A DNA stretch of 64,000 nucleotides from a virus (Duplodnaviria; Caudoviricetes): positions 1,450-65,449 of IMG/VR virus record IMGVR_UViG_3300020465_000014. One strand, given 5' to 3'. Of this stretch, positions 39,714 to 49,148 are shown in pieces. The notes below the pieces were generated by a model. It saw nothing but the letters and a program-made list of their open reading frames with translations, searched no databases and was not told where the DNA came from. Both the position numbers and the translations under genes were made by a program. How positions within the stretch are numbered: position 1 is the stretch's first letter; the number at the start of each line of letters is the position of its first letter.

Positions 39714-39832
39714 CAACAAGTGTAATTTACAACAGCAAGAATACTAAAGAATGCAATTTATTCTTTAGTTTCCTTTGTTATTGCACCCAATCGCAATGAT
39801 TAAAGGAGAAAAAGCGCAAGGCTTGTATCGTC

Positions 39833-40045
39833 ATGCCAGCAAATGCAGTTCACATACCTGAAGTGTTGATGGATAGAGTCAGAAAAGCAATGGATGCGAA
39901 AGGCGGTTATGCGACTGTTGCCGAGTTTATTCGAGAAGCAGTTAGAGCTTATTGCGACAAAACAGAAAATGAAGCAAATGGAGACAACAATAAGCCTCCT
40001 GAAACTCCGAGCAAACGTGCAAAGAAGAAGAAGGGGTGGCCTTGA
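39833..40045 (+). CDS. Ribbon-helix-helix (CopG-like) DNA-binding protein
   Basis: AVHIPEVLMDRVRKAM...GYATVAEFIREAVR. Confidence 0.8.
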   Translation: MPANAVHIPEVLMDRVRKAMDAKGGYATVAEFIREAVRAYCDKTENEANGDNNKPPETPSKRAKKKKGWP

Positions 40046-40327
40046 ATGACTATCCCTAAGAGATTGGCAAAAATATACACCGCTTCTAAACCAAGAGAAA
40101 GAATATACGAGATACTTTCTGCTCATGGAACATTGAATACACATTTGATTTTAGATCGCTACAATTGCACCTGGCATGATTCAATCACAATGAAACAATT
40201 AGGTCGAATCTTATCTGGTGATAGTCGATTTGAAAAAGTTGGAACAGTCGATACTCGAACTATTACTGGTAAAAAATACCAAATCGCAACCTGGAAGGTA
40301 GGAGTTGTTGTTAATGGAACAGCCTGA
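40046..40327 (+). CDS. DUF3860-like winged-helix protein
   Basis: NTHLILDRYN...ITMKQLGRILSGDSRFEKVG...YQIATW; homologous to the C-terminus of 9695-12547. Confidence 0.75.
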   Translation: MTIPKRLAKIYTASKPRERIYEILSAHGTLNTHLILDRYNCTWHDSITMKQLGRILSGDSRFEKVGTVDTRTITGKKYQIATWKVGVVVNGTA

Positions 40328-40769
40328 AGTCGAAACAACTATTCCCGATAATGCACCCAAAACGTGCATTACAGATGCAACCAGTTTACATGAAGTGGGC
40401 TATCGAAAAGAAGCATCACTTCTGAAAAAGGAAAACAGATCGTTGCGAGAAAGAATAGAATATCTCGAAGCGGAGAACCAGGACATTAGAGATTCCCTGG
40501 TGGCAAGATTCAACAGGGTTCATTTTGATAGGGAAAATCCTTTGAGACGTGAATTATTGATTACGCTTCATAATTGCTTAGAGCATTGTCGAGCATTTGG
40601 CGAAGTTGTGCCTCATTATGATTTTGTAAATCTCGGTTTCAAAGACCATCGAACTCTGCAAAGGTCGTGCAACAAGTTCGCAGAAATTGGTTTTTTGATT
40701 AAGATACGATCTAATCCAACTTCTTTCAAATTAAATCCAGAGCAAATAACGAAAGTCGGCAAGCGGTGA
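40314..40769 (+). CDS. Coiled-coil plus winged-helix-like protein
   Basis: LKKENRSLRERIEYLE; RTLQRSCNKFAEIGFLIK...FKLNP. Confidence 0.65.
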   Translation: MEQPEVETTIPDNAPKTCITDATSLHEVGYRKEASLLKKENRSLRERIEYLEAENQDIRDSLVARFNRVHFDRENPLRRELLITLHNCLEHCRAFGEVVPHYDFVNLGFKDHRTLQRSCNKFAEIGFLIKIRSNPTSFKLNPEQITKVGKR

Positions 40770-40775
40770 GATTGT

Positions 40776-41030
40776 GTGTCGTTTGCTTGCATGGACTGTG
40801 GAGAAGTCGTAAAGACCATCTATCGAACTCATAATCATGCTCGTTGCCTCAGTTGTGACGCAAGTTACCACCGCAGAAGATTCTTTGCCAGGCTTCCAAA
40901 AAAAGACAAACTTGCAGGTGGAGGGCCATGTTCTGAATGCGATTCACCAGCGCCTTCAGGAGTTTGGATTAAGAAGAAGTGGGTTTGTTGGCCTTGTAAA
41001 AATAAACAAACAACCCTGGAGGATTGGTAA
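40776..41030 (+). CDS. Small Zn-finger protein
   Basis: Four CxxC pairs; GGTGA SD. Confidence 0.7.
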   Translation: MSFACMDCGEVVKTIYRTHNHARCLSCDASYHRRRFFARLPKKDKLAGGGPCSECDSPAPSGVWIKKKWVCWPCKNKQTTLEDW

Positions 41031-41254
41031 TGAAATGCAATAGTTGCGGCTACTACATCAAAAAACCAAGTGGCGAAGATCCTAAACTCCCAAATTGGAA
41101 ATTTTACAAATGTTCGAAGTGCGGATATTTTTTCTGGAAAGAAGCGTGAAAGAGCTATACGCATAAACGCCAAAATTACCCTCTCTTATCTGTGCGATAA
41201 TCAAGATTTTTACGAGTCGTAAATTTCCTCGCAGTTCCTTTTTTTGGATTCCCC

Positions 41255-41324
41255 TACTACTACTACTACTACTACTACTTATACAATACATTATACATAC
41301 TACTACTACTACTACTACTACTAC
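41255..41324 (+). repeat. Bipartite microsatellite (TAC)8 - 19 nt spacer - (TAC)9
   Basis: Read directly: 41255-41278 and 41298-41324, inside a ~525-bp AT-rich non-coding gap. Confidence 0.95.
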
Positions 41325-41556
41325 TCCAGGAATCGAAATCGACTTCCAATGGAAACGAAGGTTGGATTCTGTTCATTTTACCAGAAAAAGGATGCTTTCC
41401 GATGCAATATTTCCGAAATACATTAAAATTATTGTGCATTCGTTCATTTTTACGCAAAAAAACCGATTACCGTTTAGCAACCAGCGCAATTATCACATCT
41501 TTAGCGATACCTTGAAGTGCTGTTTGAACTTCGAACCAACTCTACGGTGAGGAGAA

Positions 41557-42816
41557 ATGGGAAGGAAACCACAAATCGGAATGAAAAAAACAGGAAGGCC
41601 AGTCACACTATACTTGAATGGAGAAACAGCACATCTCTATGACCTGGCTAAATTGAATCCAAATATTACAGTCAGCCACCTTCTGAATCAAGCATTACAG
41701 GCGGCATTGGGTGACGCTTCTGAAAGGCATCCGATGGAAGTTATGGTTGAGGATCTCAAAGCGGACTTAGATGAAATCGAAAAGCAAAGAGAAGTCATAA
41801 AACAAAGATTGGAAGTTGCTCAAGACCGACTACCTGAAGAATTAGCACGTTCAGAATGGCTGAAAAATATACTCGGCAAAGACGGTGAAATCCGTTTGAT
41901 GAATCTTAGGACATGGCTATTCTTCGATGCGAGGCATACTGCACGTTCCTTCATTCCACCTAAGAACGGCAGAGAGGCTTTAGAAGAATACAAGCAACTC
42001 CTTTCAAAGTATGAATCGACCAAACGTGGGCCAACTGTTGACGGCAATTTTGAGATTGGCGACAATCTGCATCCTGAAGGTAAAGAAGGATTTTGTTGCG
42101 AGGAAAATTGCATCGGGGAACACAACGGCAGAATCTCTGACGATTTGAAGTTCCGTTGTGTATTACATCATCGAGAAAGGTTTGCGAAGCATTGGCAAAA
42201 TGGAGTAAACAAACTCAAACCACATTGGATTGAAGAATCTCTTACCCATGAACAGATCGTCTTAATCCAGGCGGCTACGAAAGGTGGATTCAAACTGCAG
42301 AAAGGAATGGGCTATCTGGTTCAAGAGGAAAACGCATTACAGTCATTGAGAACCTCTTTGATTATCGAGAGGGCGACTAAATCTTGGGAAATTCAAAACC
42401 CTGGAAAGAACGAACAGCTCTCTCATCTTATTGAAACCAAAGACAAGGTTTGCGAAAGAGATTCGAATGCCAATCCTACAAAGACATGGGAGGGCTTGCC
42501 AGGTGCTTCAAACACAAGGCTAAGAACCCAAATGATACAATCAATGAATCAAGAAGAGAGAGATGCCTACAAAGCGAAGTCAGACCTTTACATGGAATTG
42601 ATACGTAATCGTGGAGAATCAATCAGAACCAAAGTTGAGGCGTGGAGAACCGCAGGTCAACCCTGGCCTTATGTCGAATTAGAAGATTGGTGCGATTCAC
42701 TACTTGAAGCCAAACCTCCATCTAATCAAATGGAAAGATACCCCTATTCTCTGCCATTAAATGCTTGTAAATCAAGAATTGAATTGGACATTTCAATCAT
42801 TGATTCTACGGCTTGA
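41557..42816 (+). CDS. Hypothetical protein with N-terminal RHH-like domain, coiled coil and Cys/His cluster
   Basis: PVTLYL...VSHLLNQALQ; CCEENC...CVLH. Confidence 0.75.
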   Translation: MGRKPQIGMKKTGRPVTLYLNGETAHLYDLAKLNPNITVSHLLNQALQAALGDASERHPMEVMVEDLKADLDEIEKQREVIKQRLEVAQDRLPEELARSEWLKNILGKDGEIRLMNLRTWLFFDARHTARSFIPPKNGREALEEYKQLLSKYESTKRGPTVDGNFEIGDNLHPEGKEGFCCEENCIGEHNGRISDDLKFRCVLHHRERFAKHWQNGVNKLKPHWIEESLTHEQIVLIQAATKGGFKLQKGMGYLVQEENALQSLRTSLIIERATKSWEIQNPGKNEQLSHLIETKDKVCERDSNANPTKTWEGLPGASNTRLRTQMIQSMNQEERDAYKAKSDLYMELIRNRGESIRTKVEAWRTAGQPWPYVELEDWCDSLLEAKPPSNQMERYPYSLPLNACKSRIELDISIIDSTA

Positions 42817-42876
42817 AAGTAGGCAGATCGCTTTCAATTTAGAAAAAACATCATAAATAGACGAAGCGGGATTCGA

Positions 42877-42962
42877 TTTGGGCCAATCCTTCGAGAGCAA
42901 ACTCATTTCATTTTTCACAAACGAAACTTTCTCCTTCCGCACTTTCATTGGTGCGGCCCAAA
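42877..42962 (+). ncRNA. Candidate small structured RNA
   Basis: TTTGGGCC/GGCCCAAA terminal stem; CCGCAC/GTGCGG hairpin; CATAAATA box and degenerate upstream box at promoter spacing. Confidence 0.3.
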
Positions 42963-43024
42963 CAATACCGATTCTCCAGGTTTACCGTATCAATTCAAAG
43001 GTCAAGAGGCAATTCGCCTGAAAC

Positions 43025-43486
43025 ATGGAAAGCCCAAACAAAATACCAATGGATATTTTGGTTGCTGACGCATTGGCGGTTGGATATGAAGTAATTGTCT
43101 TGATTTTAGACGATGATGAAGATGCCTATTGGTGTGCTAATTCACAAACTTACATTCCAAAAAACATTGACCCGAATCATGGTTATGATTTGGACTTCAT
43201 AGCTCTAATGGAAGAAGAGATGCGATTAGATGATGAGGCTTGGCAGAAAGCAATGGAAAAAGAGCATGGAGGAAAAATAACTCCAGAATGTGAAATAGAT
43301 CTCGAAGAACACAATAGAAAAGTTCTCGAAGAATCTCCAGAACATGATACCTGGTATGACCCTTCAAAACCATTTGATGTAGTCGATGCCGACTCTGCTT
43401 GTTATTGCGGTTGGCTTGGCATAGATTCGCCACCAAAAGAATTTGCACCTCCTGGATGCGATTGCTACGTGGAGGGTTCTGAGTAA
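43025..43486 (+). CDS. Acidic hypothetical protein with C-terminal Cys motifs
   Basis: ORF track; TTCAAAGG box upstream. Confidence 0.7.
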   Translation: MESPNKIPMDILVADALAVGYEVIVLILDDDEDAYWCANSQTYIPKNIDPNHGYDLDFIALMEEEMRLDDEAWQKAMEKEHGGKITPECEIDLEEHNRKVLEESPEHDTWYDPSKPFDVVDADSACYCGWLGIDSPPKEFAPPGCDCYVEGSE

Positions 43487-43896
43487 TGGGTTCAATTTCT
43501 GATATGGTGGGATATACTCCTACTGGTGCTGTAATAGCAATTTGTATTACAATTTCAATCATAGCGGCGGCTACCTGGAGGAATGCCAAAGGCGAAGGTT
43601 GGGATTTAGTCGTATTCCTGGGTGCTTTGGTTTTAGGATTCAATCTATCAATCACATTTGCGTCTTGGACATTAGAATCATTGGCCGCAGTTTTTGGTAG
43701 CATGGGTAGTTGGATAGGAGATGCGGCATCAATTGATACTGAGTTAGGATCTATCACCTTGATATTGGGTCTGGTTGTTGTGACCTATTTAATGACGAAA
43801 ATAGAGTTCGACCTGGTTAGGATTGCGGCACTTGGAACACTATTCGGGATTATCTTACGTTTGCTAACTGATTTCCTTTGGTTCTGGTTCGCATAG
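43486..43896 (+). CDS. Small 4-TM membrane protein (candidate matrix/envelope protein)
   Basis: Hydrophobic helices; TAATG coupling. Confidence 0.75.
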   Translation: MGSISDMVGYTPTGAVIAICITISIIAAATWRNAKGEGWDLVVFLGALVLGFNLSITFASWTLESLAAVFGSMGSWIGDAASIDTELGSITLILGLVVVTYLMTKIEFDLVRIAALGTLFGIILRLLTDFLWFWFA

Positions 43897-43906
43897 GTGA
43901 TTACAA

Positions 43907-44848
43907 ATGAGATTGAAACTTACCATAATATTGACGATTTTTATTTTACAGCTAATACCAACGGTTTCTGCTCAAAACATTGAAGCCGTTGAATTACGCT
44001 TAGACACTTCAATTCAATACCCAAACGACAGAGATATTGGAATTGTTGTCGAAGCAATGGGATTTGCAGATAACAAACCTTCTCGAAGCAAAATTGACGT
44101 TCAAGCAGAATTACGTTGGCCTAACGGAACTTCAGCACAAACGATCTCAACAACAGTCGACCCAGGAATAAGGACTTCAATAATTTTCGACAAGCAAGAT
44201 GTCGTAGGGACATACTTCGTATTCGCTACTGCTTCAATTGATAACGTAGTTTCAAATCCAGAAAGTCAGAGAACCAGGGTAACTTACGCACCACAAGAAT
44301 ATACTGCAGGTTTCCTCGATAGTGGCAGATTCTTAGTCACACCACTTGGGCCAGCAAGCGACCAAATAACAGTTCAAGAATATCTTGATTCAGGAACAGG
44401 AATCACAGAAGGTAGGCAATGGGTCATTTCTGGTAACGAATCCTTAGACATAGAAGTTCCAAAAGGCTACATGGCAATTCGATATAACGTAGTGGATGAA
44501 AACGGATGGATGAACTATGAAAGAGCTAACTCTGGATTAACTGTTCATGGAACGCCTTACGTTTGGTTGTATGGCGATCTAACCAGAATTGAGCCAGTAT
44601 CTTCATTCGTTGCTACGGGAAGTATTGTCTTTGGTATTGTAGGAGGCTGTATGGTGCTTGCTGGAGTATCGAGATATGTCGGACTATTCATTGACGAAAG
44701 AGCAAAAAGGCGGAAAGAACTTGGTCTCGATAAAGCGCCATCATGGAGGGAACGTAGTCGTCAAAAACAATACCGTAAGGAAATAGACAGACAATACGAA
44801 ATGGATAGGCGAAGGCGAATGGAAATGGACAGATATAGGAGATGGTAA
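43907..44848 (+). CDS. Type I membrane protein: signal peptide, beta-rich ectodomain, TM, basic tail
   Basis: ...PTVSA cleavage site; TM; R/K-rich C-terminus. Confidence 0.8.
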   Translation: MRLKLTIILTIFILQLIPTVSAQNIEAVELRLDTSIQYPNDRDIGIVVEAMGFADNKPSRSKIDVQAELRWPNGTSAQTISTTVDPGIRTSIIFDKQDVVGTYFVFATASIDNVVSNPESQRTRVTYAPQEYTAGFLDSGRFLVTPLGPASDQITVQEYLDSGTGITEGRQWVISGNESLDIEVPKGYMAIRYNVVDENGWMNYERANSGLTVHGTPYVWLYGDLTRIEPVSSFVATGSIVFGIVGGCMVLAGVSRYVGLFIDERAKRRKELGLDKAPSWRERSRQKQYRKEIDRQYEMDRRRRMEMDRYRRW

Positions 44849-45555
44849 TTATGCAACCAGGAGAATTTGACGATTTAATTTTTGACGATCCTATGCTTAT
44901 GCAACAGTTAGGTCTCGGCCCTGCATTTCAACAACAACCAGAACCTCAACCGACTTCAGATAGAGACCCGCCGCCTCAGCAAACCTGGAGTATCGGGTTG
45001 ATTCTAACTGGCTGTTTAATGATGCTAACATGGGTCGCAGTTCCTATCGGTGGATTAGGTGCGTGGTTTTACGGCCCAATAGAAGGCTTCTTCGCTGAAC
45101 CTGTTTATTCAAGGTTCGAATCTTTCATGTGCGGCGGAATGTTCGTCACAATTGGAATATCAATTGCATTCTTCATTCATACGGGCATTCCTAAAGTCCA
45201 TTGGGTTGAAAATGACCCTGGAGTTCCGAGAACCACATTTCTGAAAAAAATCGAAGATACGGGAGGAAATCTCATCTTGACTCGAAGGGACAGAAAAAAA
45301 ATACGAGTCCGTAAGGACATTTGCTCAAAGTATCGTAAGACGGTTCACGTTTGCGCCCACGTTTTAGAAATCGATGCAAGACCTGGTAGCAATTGGGACA
45401 TCGAGTTCAGGACAACTCAAGGCAGTATGTCGAGAGGGCAAATTGAATCTGAAGAAGATTTGGCAATGCGTCAAGGATTCCGAGAGCAACAACTCGAAGA
45501 GATCAGTCAGCAATACGTTCAAGGTCAAATGGAACAGATTGAAGGAGTTGGTTGA
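44842..45555 (+). CDS. 2-TM membrane protein
   Basis: Two hydrophobic segments followed by a soluble C-terminal domain. Confidence 0.75.
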   Translation: MVIMQPGEFDDLIFDDPMLMQQLGLGPAFQQQPEPQPTSDRDPPPQQTWSIGLILTGCLMMLTWVAVPIGGLGAWFYGPIEGFFAEPVYSRFESFMCGGMFVTIGISIAFFIHTGIPKVHWVENDPGVPRTTFLKKIEDTGGNLILTRRDRKKIRVRKDICSKYRKTVHVCAHVLEIDARPGSNWDIEFRTTQGSMSRGQIESEEDLAMRQGFREQQLEEISQQYVQGQMEQIEGVG

Positions 45556-45935
45556 AGATGTCTTTTGATTCAGAATACAAACCGCCACTACAACCTCCTG
45601 ATTGGGTATTTGGGCCAGTATGGACATTTCTCTATGCCACTTTAGCAATTAGCATATTTTGGACTTGGAGAGATCGAGCAGAAATTGAAAACTCAAACCT
45701 TCTGATAGGTGCTTTTGCATTACAAATGCTTCTCAATTTGACTTGGACTTACGCTTTTAATTCAGAAAGATACGTCTTATCAACGCTTATGCTCTTTGGA
45801 ATGGTAGCTCTAACCAGTTATTACGCATACGGACTTTATTCGTTTAACCAACTTGCTTCAGTTATTGTTTGGCCTTACATTGCATGGGTAACATTTGCCA
45901 GCATTCTCAACATCTTCTATCTGGTGGAGGCTTGA
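45552..45935 (+). CDS. tspO: TspO/MBR family protein lacking TM1
   Basis: KPPLQPPDWVFGPVWTFLY, QMLLNLTW, PYIAWVTFASILN. Confidence 0.85.
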   Translation: MKMSFDSEYKPPLQPPDWVFGPVWTFLYATLAISIFWTWRDRAEIENSNLLIGAFALQMLLNLTWTYAFNSERYVLSTLMLFGMVALTSYYAYGLYSFNQLASVIVWPYIAWVTFASILNIFYLVEA

Positions 45936-45937
45936 AT

Positions 45938-46840
45938 ATGGCAAATGATAATTACAATCCAAAAATCGTGCCAGGGCATTTTACAATGCTAATGATGGAA
46001 ATTGGCTATCATCGGACAAGCGGCAGTCCAACCAAACCAGAGGATTCAATAGAATACAAACGTGCCAAAAGAGACGTTAACAAAGCAATGAGAACTTCAA
46101 AAAAATATGGCGAAGCAAGAAGGAAATTACTCGCTGAAGGTTATGAATGGAAAGAACCAGAGAGGCGAAGGAAAAACCGAAAAAGAGTAAATCTTAGCAA
46201 CAGGACTTCACTTTGGCCTTCTTCAAAGGCACTACGTAAAAGCGGAATCAAAATGATTTGGAATCCTGTTACACATAGATACATTCAGAATACTGCGAGA
46301 AATCGCCGTTCAATTCTCAAACAGATCTATGATGAGGAAACAAACTCTCTCGTTTTGGTATCTTGTAGCAAAAACAAGGTTTGGGATTTAGACATGGAAA
46401 ATCCGAGACGTGCATTACAAGGAACTGCTATACCTGCAGAGAGGGCTTACTGCTCTCCTCTATTCGAGAAGTCAAAGGATTGGGCGAATCGAAGGAAGAT
46501 GGATTGGAGAGTAATTTCAGCAAAGCATGGAATTGTAAAACCAGGAGAACGAATATCCGAATACGATGTGACGTTAAGCGACCTAAACAGAAAGCAAAAG
46601 GAATCCTGGGCGGATATGACCGCAGACGAGTTGTTGAAGGAAATCGACAAGAAGGATTACGACAGAGTAATTTTTCTAACTGGCCGAGCATATATGCCGA
46701 AGCGTTTAATCAACAAATTGCCTAAATCTATCGAAGTCAAAACTCCACTTGAAGGAAAACAAATCGGAGAACGCTTACAATGGTTCAACGAAGATAATGA
46801 AGGATTCAGGAAAACAAAGTTTAGTGGGTGGGGTCGATGA
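45938..46840 (+). CDS. Basic N-terminal region plus DUF6884-like domain
   Basis: LVSCSKNK...PAERAYCSPLF...VISAKHG...YDVTL...GxxIGERLQW. Confidence 0.7.
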   Translation: MANDNYNPKIVPGHFTMLMMEIGYHRTSGSPTKPEDSIEYKRAKRDVNKAMRTSKKYGEARRKLLAEGYEWKEPERRRKNRKRVNLSNRTSLWPSSKALRKSGIKMIWNPVTHRYIQNTARNRRSILKQIYDEETNSLVLVSCSKNKVWDLDMENPRRALQGTAIPAERAYCSPLFEKSKDWANRRKMDWRVISAKHGIVKPGERISEYDVTLSDLNRKQKESWADMTADELLKEIDKKDYDRVIFLTGRAYMPKRLINKLPKSIEVKTPLEGKQIGERLQWFNEDNEGFRKTKFSGWGR

Positions 46841-47769
46841 GCAACCCACCTATACCCAATAACAGGCCACGTTCAGGCAGAGACCTGTTTATGATTCCTC
46901 AAAACGACAGGCTCAACGATCAGTTCAGATTCATTGATACAATGGTTCTCTCAATGACGGATTCCTGGGCGTATTTACCGCCGAGAGCAAAACACATTCT
47001 TTGGTTAAAACTATCAGCATCAGACCCAAACTTGTTAGAAAAAAGCGGTATGCCAATAGAAAACGGAATGCTACTTCATTGGTCTATGTGGCCTGATGAT
47101 TTAGGAGATTACGCACAAGCAATTGCTCTAAGAATGAGTTATGTTCAATTAGAGAACCTCGAACCCAAAAACGTAGCAATGGCCTCTGCATTGAAACAGG
47201 CTCAAAAAGCAGAAGATACGGCAAGGTTACAAATCCAACTTGCTCAACATTTGATTCAATTACAGCAGATGGGTGCAGACACAAAAGAGCTTGCGAAACT
47301 ATTTGCTAAAAATGCCAACGAAAGAGAATCGCTTGAGACAGTTCTCGAAGCGGCTGAAAACCAAATGCTTCAAAGAATGCAATCTGCAGAGAGGGAAAGA
47401 GAATCTTTCAGAAACCCTCCCCCCGCACCCCCCTCCGAATATCCATTCGATGAAGAAGAAGAAGGAGAAATACCAGTAGCGCCATTGAGAGGAATTGACT
47501 TCCCTGCAGATGAAGGAATGCCTTTCGATGAAGAAGATCTCGAAGGAGATTTCCGAGAATATTTGGGTGCATCGATACCTGCAGATGAAGAAGAAGATTA
47601 CGAAATCTATGATGAGGAAATAATCGAAGCAGAATTAGTCGATGGACAAGATATTGATTCCATGATAGAAGACGCAACAAACAACGTCATAATGTCTGAA
47701 GAAGAGATGCAAGCCTTCGCTGATGCAGAATATGATGAAGAAGGAGACCAGGTGGAGGATGATTCCTGA
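46837..47769 (+). CDS. Coiled-coil protein with very acidic C-terminus
   Basis: ORF track; coupled to the ATPase gene. Confidence 0.8.
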   Translation: MSNPPIPNNRPRSGRDLFMIPQNDRLNDQFRFIDTMVLSMTDSWAYLPPRAKHILWLKLSASDPNLLEKSGMPIENGMLLHWSMWPDDLGDYAQAIALRMSYVQLENLEPKNVAMASALKQAQKAEDTARLQIQLAQHLIQLQQMGADTKELAKLFAKNANERESLETVLEAAENQMLQRMQSAERERESFRNPPPAPPSEYPFDEEEEGEIPVAPLRGIDFPADEGMPFDEEDLEGDFREYLGASIPADEEEDYEIYDEEIIEAELVDGQDIDSMIEDATNNVIMSEEEMQAFADAEYDEEGDQVEDDS

Positions 47770-49148
47770 TGAGAGGAAGATACACCAACTGGAAAGATTT
47801 TGGAAGGGTAGCAATCGACAAAGGAATGCCTCCCGCAATCATGGGTCAATTAAGACGTATTTACACAACATATTGCGAAGGTGGATGCGATCTAACAACA
47901 TTGAAATGGTTTTTCACAAAATATGCGCCCTGGTCGAGAATCATAACTGTTCGAAAAGACAGCCTACTCGATGAAGACGTTGATACTGCAGATGGAAGGA
48001 AAAAAACGCCACCTTTGATTTTGTATGAATCCAATTTGTTAGAGCAAGGTTTCATTTGTGAATGGAAGCCCGACATATTATTTGCATACGGAGATCGTGG
48101 ACAAGGGAAATCGGTTTTTAGTTATGGGATGGCCGAAAGATGGCTTGAAGAAGCGAGAACCTGGAGACGTGCAGAAAACAATGGTTCACCGAGAGTTTAC
48201 GTTTATGGAGATGTTAACGGCCTCGTCCCATCTGAACCAGGATGGTTTCGATGTCCAGATTGGTTTGTTGTAGATCGCCAGCAAGAGGATTTCCCACTTC
48301 TCGAAGTTTATGATGAAGTTCCACTTGCACTTCGAAGTGGCGCAGTATCAAAGGCATCAAAGCAATGGGCTGAAAAACTGACCCGTTCAAGACATTGTGC
48401 AGTTTGGACAATAATGAACATGGTTCAAGCAAAGATGGCCGTTAAACGAGGAAGAGAAATGGATGCGCTGACTCTTGATAGATTTTCAGGGCTAAGGCAA
48501 TTAAGAGAGAGAATCGAAGACATACCAGTTCAGACATTCAAAGACGCATACAGAAAACTCGTTCCAGAAATACGAAGGAAAGACCCTGGAATATCAATGA
48601 CTCAATTGAATGAAGACCAGGGAGAAGTAGGAACATGGCTTACGTTGTATCAAACCAAACCCCCTTCATGGCTTGAATGGCGAGAACATGAGAGAAAAGA
48701 AGGCAATCTATCAACCACAGCCGCACCCTGGCCTCCAGAATGCGTTTTAGAACGTGCAAGGCATTATGCTAAAGAGACCTTCGACTTGATAATGAAAGAT
48801 TGCGAGAAGGATAATGAGGATAAAATAGAGGAATGGAGAGATATGTTGGGAATAACTCCAACAGCCGATAAGCAAGCACAGGTGCTTGACCGCCTCGTTA
48901 GACACATTTGCAGAGGCGCTGGCATGGAATGGGCGGCAATTGGAGAAGTAATCGATGGCGAGAAAGGTGCGGCTAAGGAAAAAATGGGCGGTGGAGGCAA
49001 TTTGCAGAGATGGGGACATCGAAACAAGTTCGAAGATACATCAGAGATGATTCAGATTGCGGCGGCGAATCTCAAACAAGAATTGCCATACCGCAACAAA
49101 TCGCCCGTATGTTGGGGGTTGAGCCTTCACTTGGCTGAACATATTTAG
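47769..49148 (+). CDS. FtsK/HerA-superfamily (Zot/A32-like) ATPase, candidate packaging/extrusion motor
   Basis: Walker A GDRGQGKS; Walker B LEVYDE; SRH arginine-finger motif followed by a strand ending in Q. Confidence 0.7.
   Translation: MRGRYTNWKDFGRVAIDKGMPPAIMGQLRRIYTTYCEGGCDLTTLKWFFTKYAPWSRIITVRKDSLLDEDVDTADGRKKTPPLILYESNLLEQGFICEWKPDILFAYGDRGQGKSVFSYGMAERWLEEARTWRRAENNGSPRVYVYGDVNGLVPSEPGWFRCPDWFVVDRQQEDFPLLEVYDEVPLALRSGAVSKASKQWAEKLTRSRHCAVWTIMNMVQAKMAVKRGREMDALTLDRFSGLRQLRERIEDIPVQTFKDAYRKLVPEIRRKDPGISMTQLNEDQGEVGTWLTLYQTKPPSWLEWREHERKEGNLSTTAAPWPPECVLERARHYAKETFDLIMKDCEKDNEDKIEEWRDMLGITPTADKQAQVLDRLVRHICRGAGMEWAAIGEVIDGEKGAAKEKMGGGGNLQRWGHRNKFEDTSEMIQIAAANLKQELPYRNKSPVCWGLSLHLAEHI

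Noticed and set aside
41255-41324. TAC repeats as a CRISPR array or as coding poly-Thr/Tyr/Ser ORFs
   Set aside because: Simple trinucleotide tracts with no spacers; the overlapping 60-69 aa ORFs are by-products of the repeat
42880-42960. tRNA gene (GGGCC...GGCCCA ends, TTC loop)
   Set aside because: No D-arm or anticodon arm and only a 5-bp acceptor-like stem; kept only as a generic ncRNA candidate
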